Source of the DNA: an uncultured Clostridia bacterium
GTDB taxonomy: Bacteria; Bacillota; Clostridia; TANB77; CAG-508
Length of the DNA stretch: 64,000 nucleotides
NCBI GenBank assembly: GCA_947623595.1
Contig: CANQHC010000005.1
Coordinates: forward strand, 1,910-65,909
Reading direction: 5' to 3'
Below the pieces are notes generated by a model. That model ran no database searches and was not told where the DNA came from. It saw nothing but the letters and a program-made list of their open reading frames with translations. Every line of letters begins with the position of its first letter. The first letter of the stretch is position 1. Position numbers and translations under genes: made by a program. Of this stretch, positions 8,960 to 19,642 are shown one piece after another.

Positions 8960-10450
8960 ATGGAATTAAAAAATATTTTATCAGGATTAGAGGGATTAAA
9001 AGTAAAAGGAACTTTAGATTTAGATATCCCTAAAATTGAAAATAATTCCCAGAAGATAAAATGTGGAGATATGTTTGTTGCGATTGATGGATTTGATGAA
9101 GATGGTCATAATTATATTAGCGAAGCTGTAAAAAACGGGGCAAAAGTAATTATGGCACAAGCTGATAAAGTAACAAAAGAAATGGTAAAAGATTTACCAT
9201 CAGATATTACATTTATTCTAACAGCAGATACAAGGCATGCTATTTCAATTTGTGCATGTAATTATTATAAAAATCCTTCTAAAAAGTTAAAACTAATAGG
9301 CATAACTGGAACAAAAGGAAAAACAACAACATCATTTATGATTAAATCATTATTAGAAAAACAAGGTTTAAAAGTAGGACTAATAGGAACTATTTGTACA
9401 TATATTGGAGATAAAAAGGTAGCAGATAATGATAGAACAACACCAGAAAGTTTAGAATTGCAACAAATTTTAAGCCAAATGGTACAAGAAAAATGCGATG
9501 TAGCTGTTATGGAAGTATCTTCTCAAAGTTTAAAGCTATCTAGAGTAGATGGTTGTGAATTTCAAGTAGGAATTTTCACTAACTTTTCAAAAGACCATAT
9601 AAGTGCAAAAGAGCACTCTAGTATGGAGGATTATTTTGAATCAAAAGTAAAATTATTTAGAATGTGTAAATACGGCTATTTTAATGCTGATGATATATAT
9701 GCAAATAAATTACCAGATCTAGTTCCAGAGTGTGAATTTAAAACTTATGGAATTGATAATCCTGCCAATTTACTTGCAAAAGATATCACGGTAACAAATT
9801 CCTATGTAGATTTTAAAGTAAAACTAGGTGATAAAAATCAAAGAGTAAAAACTGGAATACCAGGAAGATTTAGTGTATATAATTCATTATCAGCTATTAG
9901 TGTTGCTATGAGGTATGGAGTTTCTGCTGAAAATATACAAGAAACTTTAACTAATATCCGCATACCGGGCAGAAGTGAATTAGTAAATAATGAAAAAGAA
10001 TTGACTATTATGATTGATTATGCCCATACTCCAGAAAGTTTGGAAAGTATTTTAACAACAGTTAAGGAATATACTCAAGGAAAAGTAATTTGTGTATTTG
10101 GATGTGGTGGAGATAGAGATTCTGGAAAAAGACCAATCATGGGAAAGATAGCAGGAAATGTAGCCGACTATACAATAATAACATCTGATAATCCAAGGTC
10201 AGAAGAGCCAGAAAAAATTATAGAACAAATTGAAAATGGAATTAAAAGTACCAAGGCCTCATATGAATGTATTGTAGATAGAAAAGAGGCTATAAAAAAA
10301 GCAATTCAAATGCTACATAAAAAAGACATCCTTGTTATTGCCGGAAAAGGTCATGAACTAACACAAGAAATAAAAGGAAAAAAATATCCTTTTGACGAAA
10401 GAGAAATTGTAAAAGAAGTAGTACAAACAATAAAAGTGTCTCAAAATTAA
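8960..10450 (+). CDS. murE: UDP-N-acetylmuramoyl-L-alanyl-D-glutamate--2,6-diaminopimelate ligase
   Basis: RBS GAAGGAG. GITGTKGKTTT P-loop; DYAHTPESLE; GCGGDRD; TSDNPRSE (the DNPR motif typical of DAP-adding MurE). Confidence 0.9.
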   Translation: MELKNILSGLEGLKVKGTLDLDIPKIENNSQKIKCGDMFVAIDGFDEDGHNYISEAVKNGAKVIMAQADKVTKEMVKDLPSDITFILTADTRHAISICACNYYKNPSKKLKLIGITGTKGKTTTSFMIKSLLEKQGLKVGLIGTICTYIGDKKVADNDRTTPESLELQQILSQMVQEKCDVAVMEVSSQSLKLSRVDGCEFQVGIFTNFSKDHISAKEHSSMEDYFESKVKLFRMCKYGYFNADDIYANKLPDLVPECEFKTYGIDNPANLLAKDITVTNSYVDFKVKLGDKNQRVKTGIPGRFSVYNSLSAISVAMRYGVSAENIQETLTNIRIPGRSELVNNEKELTIMIDYAHTPESLESILTTVKEYTQGKVICVFGCGGDRDSGKRPIMGKIAGNVADYTIITSDNPRSEEPEKIIEQIENGIKSTKASYECIVDRKEAIKKAIQMLHKKDILVIAGKGHELTQEIKGKKYPFDEREIVKEVVQTIKVSQN

Positions 10451-10483
10451 AATTAATTTATAGTGCATACCAAGGAGGAAAAG

Positions 10484-11479
10484 ATGGCATTAGAATTTCA
10501 AACAAAAATCATTTTATTATCTATGGTTGTGAGCATTGTTATAGCCTTGTTTGCTATCCCTATTTTAAAAAAATTGAAAGTCGGGCAAATGGAAAGGCAA
10601 GAAGGTCCACAATCACACTTAAAAAAGCAAGGAACTCCAACAATGGGTGGAATTATTATGATTATTACTATTTTACTAGTTGGAGGGTTTTTGTGTTTTG
10701 ATTATTATAAATCTGAAGATATTGCAGAAAAACAAATAGGAATACACCTCATTCCATTGATTGCAGTAACTGTAGGATTTGGTATTATTGGGCTAATCGA
10801 TGATTTAAAAAAACTTATAGGGCACAACACAGAAGGGTTAAAGCCAGCATATAAAATGATAGGTCTACTTATAGTATCAGTTGGTTTTAGTATATGTTTA
10901 ACGCAATTTTTTAAGTTAGGGCTAGATATTTATATTCCGTTTTTTAAAACATCAATTTTACTTCCTATTTGGTTGTATATTCCATTTGCTGTTTTAGTTA
11001 TGCTTTCAACAACAAACGCAGTAAATTTAACAGATGGAATAGATGGTCTTTCTACAAGTGTTACGACTATTATACTTGCTTGTTTAACTGTAATAGGAAT
11101 TGTGCTAAATATAAAAGAAATTACAGTATTCGGTAGTATTTTAATAGGAACTTGTTTAGGATTTTTATTATTCAATTTACATCCTGCAAAAGTGATGATG
11201 GGGGATACAGGTTCTCTTTTACTAGGAGGAGCAATTGCAAGCATTTCATTATATTTAAAAATGCCATTATTATTAGTAATTATTGCTTTAATACCTGTTA
11301 TTGAAACTCTATCTGTTATGATACAAGTAAGGCATTTTAAAAGAACTGGTAAGCGTGTATTTAAAATGACACCAATTCATCACCATTTTGAATTATCTGG
11401 CTGGAATGAGAATAAAATTGTATCAGTATTTAGTGTTATTACATTAATTTGTTGCGTAATTGGATTAATTGCTATTTAG
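10484..11479 (+). CDS. mraY: Phospho-N-acetylmuramoyl-pentapeptide transferase
   Basis: ATG 10484 behind AAGGAGG; the track ORF starts at GTG 10463. KKQGTPTMGG; NAVNLTDGIDGL; MGDTGSLLLGG; PIHHHFE. Confidence 0.9.
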   Translation: MALEFQTKIILLSMVVSIVIALFAIPILKKLKVGQMERQEGPQSHLKKQGTPTMGGIIMIITILLVGGFLCFDYYKSEDIAEKQIGIHLIPLIAVTVGFGIIGLIDDLKKLIGHNTEGLKPAYKMIGLLIVSVGFSICLTQFFKLGLDIYIPFFKTSILLPIWLYIPFAVLVMLSTTNAVNLTDGIDGLSTSVTTIILACLTVIGIVLNIKEITVFGSILIGTCLGFLLFNLHPAKVMMGDTGSLLLGGAIASISLYLKMPLLLVIIALIPVIETLSVMIQVRHFKRTGKRVFKMTPIHHHFELSGWNENKIVSVFSVITLICCVIGLIAI

Positions 11480-11489
11480 GAGGATACCA

Positions 11490-12617
11490 ATGCAAAAAAA
11501 AGGGAAAAAGGTTTCAAAATTTATTAACCAACCGTTTGATTTCATACTTTGTGCAGTTGTATTTATTTTACTAGCTTTAGGAATTGTTATGGTACTTTCT
11601 GCTTCTGCACCATCTGCATTAGCAGATACAGGAAAAACATATACATTTGCAGGAAAACAATTAATATTTGGAATCATAGGACTTATATTTATGTTTTCAC
11701 TTTCAAAATTTGATTATCATATCTATAAAAAATTTTATTGGCCAATTTATTTTCTTTCTTGTGGAATTTTGCTATTAGTATTAATACCTAAACTAGGAAT
11801 ATCATCCCATGGTGCTAGAAGATGGGTAAATATTCCAGCACTAGGTCAATTTCAACCATCAGAATTTACTAAAATAGGTTTAATAATATTTTATGCAGGA
11901 TATTTGTCAGACCACAAGGATGAATTAAAAGATTTTTGGAGAGGTTTTGTAAAGCCACTTTGTTTTATCGTTCCACCAATAGCAATTTTATTTTTTATTC
12001 AAAACCATTTAAGTGCTTCATTGATTATAGGAATGATAGTTTGTGTTATGATGATTATTGCAGGAGCAAGGCTATTACACTTCTTTGCATTAGGAGCAAC
12101 GGGAGGAATAGGAGTACTGTCCTTGATAATATATATGATTACTAAAGGAGGATCAGAAAACTTTCGTATTGGAAGAATTGTATCATTTTTGAATCCATGG
12201 GCAGATAAAACAGGAGATGGTTGGCAAGTTGTCCAAAGTCTTTATGCAATAGGTTCAGGAGGAATTTTTGGCTCAGGTTTAGGTGAAAGTAAGCAGAAAT
12301 ATTTGTATATTTCAGAACCACAAAATGACTTTATTTTTTCAATAGTGGCAGAAGAACTTGGTTTTATTGGATGTGTTCTTATTATAGCTCTTTTTGCAGT
12401 GCTTATATGGAGAGGAATTTTAATTGCTATTAAAGCACCTGATACATTTGGAAGTCTAGTTGCAATAGGAATTATTAGCTTAGTTGCAATTCAAGCAATT
12501 TTAAATATTGCTGTTGTAACTTCTTCAATTCCAAATACAGGAATCGCGTTACCTTTCTTTAGTTATGGTGGAACAGCATTATTTATTTTATTGTGTAGTA
12601 TGCGGTGTACTGCTTAA
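11490..12617 (+). CDS. ftsW: SEDS-family lipid II flippase/peptidoglycan polymerase FtsW/SpoVE; the last ~9 codons are out of frame
   Basis: ATG 11490 behind TAGGAGG. RWVNIP..FQPSEF; EPQNDFIFSIVAEELGFIG; PFFSYGGTALF. The literal ORF ends ...CSMRCTA*. Skipping the C at 12603 gives ...CSMGVLLNISRAGSKV*, ending at 12645, which matches the usual FtsW C-terminus. Confidence 0.85.
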   Translation: MQKKGKKVSKFINQPFDFILCAVVFILLALGIVMVLSASAPSALADTGKTYTFAGKQLIFGIIGLIFMFSLSKFDYHIYKKFYWPIYFLSCGILLLVLIPKLGISSHGARRWVNIPALGQFQPSEFTKIGLIIFYAGYLSDHKDELKDFWRGFVKPLCFIVPPIAILFFIQNHLSASLIIGMIVCVMMIIAGARLLHFFALGATGGIGVLSLIIYMITKGGSENFRIGRIVSFLNPWADKTGDGWQVVQSLYAIGSGGIFGSGLGESKQKYLYISEPQNDFIFSIVAEELGFIGCVLIIALFAVLIWRGILIAIKAPDTFGSLVAIGIISLVAIQAILNIAVVTSSIPNTGIALPFFSYGGTALFILLCSMRCTA

Positions 12618-12721
12618 TATATCTAGAGCTGGTAGCAAGGTGTGAGAAGTTCTTGCGTTCACTTGCGCTTCATCTGCGCGAACTACACATTATGATATAA
12701 ATACTTTTTTAGGAGGAAAAA

Positions 12722-13843
12722 ATGAAAGCTATAATAGCGGCAGCTGGAACTGGAGGACATATTAATCCAGGAATAGCTATAGCAAATGAAATAAAGAAGA
12801 AAGAACCTGGCTCAGAAATTATTTTTATAGGAACAGATAGAGGTCTAGAAAACGATTTAGTACCAAGAGCTGGATATGAGCTAAAAAAAATTAATGCTTA
12901 TGGTTTTGATCGTACTATTTCATTTCAAAATATAAAGAAAATATATAAAACTTTCAGGTCAATAAAGGAAGCAAAAAAAATAATAGAAGAGTTTAAACCG
13001 GATGTTATCATTGGAACAGGTGGTTATATTTGTGTACCAGTAGGTCTATCAGCTAAAAATAAAAAAGTACCACTGGTATTACATGAAAGTAATGCTTTTC
13101 CAGGTGTTGCAGTAAAAATTCTTTCAAAAAAAACGAATAAAATATTATTAGGGTTTGAAGATGCAAAAGAAAGGCTACCAAAAGCTAAAAAAATAGTTGT
13201 AACAGGAACGCCAACAAAGGTAAAAAAGGTAGATGTTTCTGAGCAAAAAAAGAAAGAACTATTAAAACAAAATGGTTTGAAATCAGATAAGCCAATCGTA
13301 TTATTTTTTGGAGGAAGTCAGGGAGCTCAGAGCATTAATAATAGTTTAATAGATATTATTTCAGAAAATAAAAATAAGAATTATCAAATTATGTGGGCAG
13401 CAGGTCCAGCTCAATATGAAGAAATAGCTAAAATATTAAAGGAAAAATATAAATTAGAAATAGAAGATATTCCAAATGTAAAAATAGTACCATATATATA
13501 TAATATGGAAGAAATGATGAATATAGTTGATTTGGTAGTTTGCAGAAGTGGAGCAATGACAATTACAGAGATTGCAAATGTAGGTAAACCTGCAATATTT
13601 ATTCCGTTTCCATTTGCTACTGAAAATCATCAAGAATATAATGCTAAAGTACTGGAGAAAAAGGATGCAGCTAAAATTATTTTAGATAAAGATTTAACTT
13701 CAGAAATTTTAAATAGGACTATTGAAGAATTAGTAAGTGATAGAAAGATGTTATTACAAATGGGGAAGAATGCTAATAGCGTTGCTATTCCTAATGTAGA
13801 GGAAAAAATTTATGAAGAAATAAAAAATGAAATAAAAAAATAG
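12722..13843 (+). CDS. murG: UDP-N-acetylglucosamine--N-acetylmuramyl-(pentapeptide) pyrophosphoryl-undecaprenol GlcNAc transferase
   Basis: RBS AGGAGG. AAGTGGHINPGIAIA; GTGGYICVP; FFGGSQGAQSIN; CRSGAMTITE. Confidence 0.9.
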   Translation: MKAIIAAAGTGGHINPGIAIANEIKKKEPGSEIIFIGTDRGLENDLVPRAGYELKKINAYGFDRTISFQNIKKIYKTFRSIKEAKKIIEEFKPDVIIGTGGYICVPVGLSAKNKKVPLVLHESNAFPGVAVKILSKKTNKILLGFEDAKERLPKAKKIVVTGTPTKVKKVDVSEQKKKELLKQNGLKSDKPIVLFFGGSQGAQSINNSLIDIISENKNKNYQIMWAAGPAQYEEIAKILKEKYKLEIEDIPNVKIVPYIYNMEEMMNIVDLVVCRSGAMTITEIANVGKPAIFIPFPFATENHQEYNAKVLEKKDAAKIILDKDLTSEILNRTIEELVSDRKMLLQMGKNANSVAIPNVEEKIYEEIKNEIKK

Positions 13844-13881
13844 ATTGTCATTTTTTGTCGAAACGTGTCATACGAAAATTC

Positions 13882-13909
13882 TTGACTTTTCTTAAGATTT
13901 TGATAAAAT
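13882..13909 (+). promoter_or_regulatory. Sigma-A-type promoter candidate (TTGACT-16-TAAAAT)
   Basis: TTGACT 13882-13887 and TAAAAT 13904-13909, upstream of the 13943 ORF. Confidence 0.4.
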
Positions 13910-13942
13910 TTTGCATGTACCAACGAGGAAAGGGGAATAACG

Positions 13943-14245
13943 ATGTACAATTTTACAAAAGTTTATGGAAAAGCAACAATTAAACAAGAGGAGGATGAAA
14001 GCCTTCGTACCATAAAACTTAAGTATTATAAGACAAAGCAAATAAACTACAAGAAAAATGAAAAACAATATGGTGTAGGAATAATAAAAACTGAAATTAA
14101 AAATAATGAGTTAAATGAAGAGAAACAAGAAATTAATCATATTTGTAAATATAAACATGAAGTAGAAAAATTATTAGATTTATTAATAAGAAATAAAGTA
14201 ACACCAGTAGATTTAAAATATGTATTAGAAGATATGAGTTGTTAA
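13943..14245 (+). CDS. Small hypothetical protein
   Basis: RBS GGAAAGGGG 7 nt upstream of the ATG. 100-aa K/E-rich ORF with ...YGVGIIKTE...VTPVDLKYVLEDM. No function recognised with certainty. Confidence 0.4.
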   Translation: MYNFTKVYGKATIKQEEDESLRTIKLKYYKTKQINYKKNEKQYGVGIIKTEIKNNELNEEKQEINHICKYKHEVEKLLDLLIRNKVTPVDLKYVLEDMSC

Positions 14246-14316
14246 AAAAGAAGGAACATTTTCTTTTAAGTAGTATATACTTTAAGAGAAATGTTTTTTT
14301 CTTAATTCAAAAAGTC

Positions 14317-14345
14317 TTGCAAAATATAAAAAAGTAAGCTATGAT
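14317..14345 (+). promoter_or_regulatory. Sigma-A-type promoter candidate (TTGCAA-17-TATGAT) for topA
   Basis: TTGCAA 14317-14322 and TATGAT 14340-14345. Confidence 0.45.
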
Positions 14346-14380
14346 ACTATATGACCTAAAATAAAATAAGGAGAAGAGCA

Positions 14381-16444
14381 ATGGTAGATAAATTAATTAT
14401 TGTGGAATCACCAGCTAAGGCTAATACCATAAAGAAGTTTTTAGGGGGTAATACGAAAGTAATGGCCTCTATGGGGCATGTTCGAGATTTACCAAAATCT
14501 AAAATGGGTGTTGACATAGAGAAAGATTTTGAGCCAGAATATATTAACATTAGAGGCAAAGGGGATCTGATTAGAAATCTAAAAAAAGAAGCAAAAAATG
14601 CAAAAAAAGTTTATCTAGCAACTGACCCTGACCGTGAAGGAGAAGCAATTGCTTGGCATTTAGCACATATTTTAGAAATTCCAGAAGATAGTAATTGTAG
14701 AGTAACATTTAATGAAATTACTAAAGAAACAGTAAAAGAATCTATAAAAAAACCTAGAAAAATAGATATTAATTTAACAGATGCACAACAAGCAAGACGT
14801 GTATTGGATAGAATTGTTGGATATAAAATAAGTCCACTTTTATGGAAAAAGGTAAAAAGAGGGTTGTCAGCAGGAAGAGTGCAGTCTGTTGCAGTTAAAC
14901 TTATTGTAGATAGAGAAGAAGAAATAGAAAATTTTATTCCAGAGGAATATTGGAATATATATGCTACTTTTTTAGAAACAAATTCTAAAAAACATTTTCA
15001 AGCTACTTTTTATGGTAAAGCAGGAGAAAAAATAGAACTTCATAAACAAGAAGAAGTAGAAGAAATATTAAAGCAAATTGAAGAAGAAAAATATATTGTT
15101 TCAAATGTAAAAAAAGGAGAAAAGAGAAAAACTCCAGCACCACCTTTTACAACAAGTACTTTACAACAAGAGGCATCTAGAAAACTAGGATTTACATTAA
15201 AAAGAACAATGTCAATTGCTCAGGGGCTTTATGAAGGTATTAATGTAGGAGAAAGAGGAACAGTAGGTTTAATTACTTATATGAGAACTGATTCTACTAG
15301 AATATCAGATGAAGCAAGAAATTCCGCTAAAACTTATATCACACAAAACTACGGAGCAAATTACTATGAAAATCGTTTTTATAAGGCAAAACAAAATGTA
15401 CAAGATGCTCATGAAGCAATTAGACCAACATATGTTGATTTGATACCTGATAAAATTAAACAATATTTGACACCTGATCAATACAAATTGTATAGACTAA
15501 TTTATAATAGGTTTATAGCAAGTCAAATGGCACAGGCTGTATATGATACTATTAATGCTGAAATAAGCGTAAATAATTATCAATTCCATGCAAATGGCCA
15601 AACCTTAAAATTTAAAGGTTTTATGACTTTATATGTTGAAACTACTGAAAGTGAAAAAGAAGAGGAAGACAGCAATATTCCAGAACTGATAGTTGGACAA
15701 GAGGTAAAAGAAGAAAAATTAGAACCAAAGCAAAGTTTTACTCAGCCACCAGCAAGATATACTGAAGCTAGTTTAGTAAAGGCTTTAGAAGAAAAAGGGA
15801 TTGGAAGGCCAAGCACATATTCACCTACTATTACTACTATTCTTGAAAGAAGATATATAGAAAAACAGCAAAAGCAATTAATGCCAACAGAGCTAGGAAG
15901 AATTGTTAACCAATTATTGGTACAAAATTTTACAGATATTATCAATATAGAATTTACAGCACAAATAGAGCAAGAATTCGATGAAATTGCAGAAGGAAAA
16001 GAACCTTGGAAACAAACTATTCGAAAATTTTATGCACCATTTGAAAAAGAAGTACAAAAGGTTGAAAAAGAATTAGAACATGTAGAATTAGTTGAAGAAG
16101 TATCAGATGTACAATGTGAAAAGTGCGGAAGAATGATGGTTTACAAATATGGTAGATATGGTAAATTTTTAGCATGTCCAGGATATCCAGAATGTAAAAA
16201 CGCAAAACCTATTGTGCAAACAGTTGATGTACCTTGTCCTGTTTGTGGTTCTAAAGTACAAATAAGAAAAACTAAAAGGGGGAAAAGATATTATATTTGC
16301 GAAAACAATCCTCAATCATGTAAATATATATCATGGAATGCTCCAAAAGTTGGAGAAGTTTGGGTACCAGAACAAATGAAAGAAAAAAAAGCTAGGAAGA
16401 AATCTACAAGAAAAGCAAAAGGAAGAAGAAAAACAAAAAAATAG
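14381..16444 (+). CDS. topA: DNA topoisomerase I (type IA) with C-terminal zinc ribbons and a basic tail
   Basis: LIIVESPAKA Toprim start; ATDPDREGEAIAWH; GLITYMRTDS (active-site Tyr); CEKCGRMMV...CPGYPECKN and CPVCGS...YYICEN zinc ribbons. Confidence 0.92.
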   Translation: MVDKLIIVESPAKANTIKKFLGGNTKVMASMGHVRDLPKSKMGVDIEKDFEPEYINIRGKGDLIRNLKKEAKNAKKVYLATDPDREGEAIAWHLAHILEIPEDSNCRVTFNEITKETVKESIKKPRKIDINLTDAQQARRVLDRIVGYKISPLLWKKVKRGLSAGRVQSVAVKLIVDREEEIENFIPEEYWNIYATFLETNSKKHFQATFYGKAGEKIELHKQEEVEEILKQIEEEKYIVSNVKKGEKRKTPAPPFTTSTLQQEASRKLGFTLKRTMSIAQGLYEGINVGERGTVGLITYMRTDSTRISDEARNSAKTYITQNYGANYYENRFYKAKQNVQDAHEAIRPTYVDLIPDKIKQYLTPDQYKLYRLIYNRFIASQMAQAVYDTINAEISVNNYQFHANGQTLKFKGFMTLYVETTESEKEEEDSNIPELIVGQEVKEEKLEPKQSFTQPPARYTEASLVKALEEKGIGRPSTYSPTITTILERRYIEKQQKQLMPTELGRIVNQLLVQNFTDIINIEFTAQIEQEFDEIAEGKEPWKQTIRKFYAPFEKEVQKVEKELEHVELVEEVSDVQCEKCGRMMVYKYGRYGKFLACPGYPECKNAKPIVQTVDVPCPVCGSKVQIRKTKRGKRYYICENNPQSCKYISWNAPKVGEVWVPEQMKEKKARKKSTRKAKGRRKTKK

Positions 16445-16450
16445 ATGTAA

Positions 16451-16488
16451 AACCCTAATTGAATTTTATATTCAATTAGGGTTTTTGC
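16451..16488 (+). terminator. Rho-independent terminator of topA
   Basis: AACCCTAATTGAAT (16451-16464) / ATTCAATTAGGGTT (16470-16483), followed by TTTT. Confidence 0.8.
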
Positions 16489-16527
16489 TTGCTATACTAA
16501 AAATGACTAAATTATTTCTCAACTCCG

Positions 16528-16556
16528 TTGCCAAAAAATAGTATTTATGATATAAT
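16528..16556 (+). promoter_or_regulatory. Sigma-A-type promoter candidate (TTGCCA-17-TATAAT) for the SNF2 gene
   Basis: TTGCCA 16528-16533 and TATAAT 16551-16556. Confidence 0.5.
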
Positions 16557-16585
16557 CGCAAATTGATAAATTTGGGAGGGGAATC

Positions 16586-19568
16586 ATGTTAAAAGATCAA
16601 AATGAAATTAGAGAAAAAGAAAATCATAGAGTTTTTAAACAATTGCTTAATACATTTATTCAGACCGAACAAGAAGAATTTACAAAAGTAGATAATAAAG
16701 AAACATATGCACAAAATGTAAAAATTATTCCAAAGATTTTTTATAATGAATTTACCAAACAACTAAAAGTAGAATTTAAAATAGGAGAGAAACCATCATA
16801 TAAAATAAAAAATTTACCTGAGTTTTATGAAAGAATGTTAACAAAACAAGTTTATCAGTATGGTAGTAGATTAAACTTAGTTCATCAAGAAGAATCTTTT
16901 GAAAAACAATCAATACCTATTTTAAAATTTTTATTGAAATATTCAGAAATTATGAAGTATAATAATGAAGTAGCAAATGGCTATAATTATTATATAAAAA
17001 ACTTTACACCAGATAATATTTTAATATCAAACACAGGCTTAGATGACTTTTTCGATAGTTTAGAAGGGGAAGAAGTATTATTTCAAAAAGGAGAAAAAGA
17101 AAAAACAATTCATTTCTTAGCAAAAGAGCCAAATATTATATTTAATGTTAAACAAATAGAAAACAAATTTAAACTTCTTTGTAATATAGATGTATTTAGT
17201 TACGAATTATTACAAGGAAAAGAATATCTTTATATATTATTTCCAGATGCTATTTATAGATGCAGTACACAATTCCAATTAACTACTTTAAAATTATTAG
17301 ATGTTTTACGAAAAAATTATACTAATGAAATTATTATGGATGAAACAGAGCTAACAAGCTTTTTTGCAATGATAGCCCCTAAAATGCAAAAACAGATAAT
17401 TACTCAAGAAATTGATGTTGCAATTAAAGAGAGATGTATTCCTAAAAAATTAGGGATAAAAATTTATTTAGATTATGATATCAATAACAATATTACTGCT
17501 GAAGTAAAATTTTGTTATGGTGAACAAGAAATAAATCCTTTTATGCAACAGAAAAATAATATTGCTAGAAATATTGTAGGAGAGAATGAAGCTCTTAATC
17601 AGTTTATAAATACAGGCTTTTTGTTAGATAAAAATAACGGAAGATTAGTATTAAACAATGAAGACAATATTTATTCATTTTTATCAGAAGAAATTGATGA
17701 TTATATGAAAAAATATGAAGTTTTAGCAACTGAAAGTTTCAGGAAAAAGCAGATTCATTCTTTTCAAATGAAATCTATTGGAATTAAAGTAGAAAATCAT
17801 TTATTACAAATAGATTTATCACAAATAGGAATAGATTTATCAGATTTAAGTGAAATGATGCAAAAATATCAATTAAAGAAGAAATTTCATAGATTAAAAG
17901 ATGGAAGCTATATAAAATTAGAAGAAAATGAAACAATGCAATTTTTAGAAGAATTGTCAGTTAATTTAGACCTAAATTATAATAGTTTAAAAGATGGAAT
18001 AATTACTCTACCAAGTTATAGAAGCTTATATTTAGATAAAATGTTAAAAGCATTAAAAAATGTAGAAATAAAAACAGATAAAACATATCAAACAATGGTA
18101 GATAAACTAAAAGAAAATCAAAATACTAATGAAATAGAATTGCCAGAAAACATGAATGCACAAATGAGAATCTATCAAAAAATAGGATATCAATGGCTAA
18201 AAATGTTAGATCAATATCAATTTGGTGGCATTTTAGCTGATGATATGGGGCTTCGGAAAAACTTTACAAATGTTAACGGTTATACTATCATATGTTAATG
18301 AAGCAGGAAAACAATTTAAGCCTTCTTTGGTAGTGTGTCCAAGTTCTCTTACTTTAAATTGGTTAGGAGAAATAAACAAATTTACACCAAGCCTAAAAGC
18401 TTGTGTTATTAGTGGAAATGCGATAGATAGAAAAAAGAAGATTGAAAAAATAAGCAATTATCATGTGGTAATTACATCATATGATTCATTAAAAAGAGAC
18501 ATAGAACTATATGTAGAAAAAAATTGTGAATTCAAATATATGATTGCAGATGAAGCACAATATATAAAAAATAACAATACACAAAATGCCAAAGCAATTA
18601 AGCAAATAATAGCACAAACAAAATTTGCTTCTACTGGAACTCCAATTGAAAATTCACTTTCAGAGCTTTGGTCAATTTTTGATTATATTATGCCTGGTTA
18701 TCTATTTCGTTATCGAAAATTTAAAGAGCTATATGAAACCCCAATTGTAAAAGAAAACAATCAGGCAAGAATGAATCAATTAAAAAAAATGATAGAACCA
18801 TTTATATTAAGAAGAATAAAGAAGGAAGTACTAACAGAATTACCTGACAAAACTGTTACAGTGCTATATAATGAAATGCAAGAAGAACAACAAAAGATAT
18901 ATTTATCTTATCTTGCAAGAGCAAAGAAAGAAGTGGCAGAAGAAATTCAAGCAAATGGTTTTGAAAATAGTCAAATAAAAATTTTAGCACTTCTTATGAG
19001 GTTAAGGCAAATTTGTTGTCATCCGAGTTTATTTTTACAAGATTATGAAGGAGAAAGTAGCAAATTAGTACAATGCATAGAAGTTATGGAAGATGCTATT
19101 GCAAGTGGTCATAAAATACTTCTTTTTTCAGGTTATACATCGATGTTTGAAATGATAGAAAAACAGATAAAAAGTAGAGGTATTTCTTATTTAAAATTGA
19201 CTGGACAGACAAAAGTAGCTGATAGAATTCACTTGGTAGATCAATTTAACCAAGATAATAATATAAAAGTTTTCCTAATTTCTTTAAAAGCCGGAGGTAC
19301 AGGGCTTAACCTTACAGGAGCTGATGTTGTAATACATTATGACCCATGGTGGAACTTGTCAGCTGAGAACCAGGCAACAGATAGAACATATAGAATAGGG
19401 CAAAAAAACAATGTACAAGTATATAAACTAATTACAAAAAATTCGATAGAAGAAAAAATATATGATTTGCAACAGAAAAAAGCTCAATTGGTCGATAATA
19501 TGCTTTCAACGCAAAATACATTTATAAATCAGTTATCCAAGGAAGATATTATGGCACTTTTTGGCTAA
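16586..19568 (+). pseudogene. Bacterial SNF2-family helicase (N-terminal SNF2-associated region plus helicase core), frame broken inside Walker A
   Basis: ORFs 16586-18298 and 18240-19568 overlap. The upstream frame ends ...GGILADDMGL-RKNF.... The downstream frame carries GKTLQMLTVI..., DEAQYIKN, TGTPIENSLSELWSIFDYIMPG, and LISLKAGGTGLNLTGADVVIHYDPWWN...QATDRTYRIGQ. Skipping one nt in CTTC (C at 18254) restores DDMGLGKT. Confidence 0.8.
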
Positions 19569-19642
19569 TATATATTAAATAAAGAAAGGAGAGATTCAAT
19601 TTATAAAAATATTTGTTTGAATAAATTGAATTTAAATGGAGA

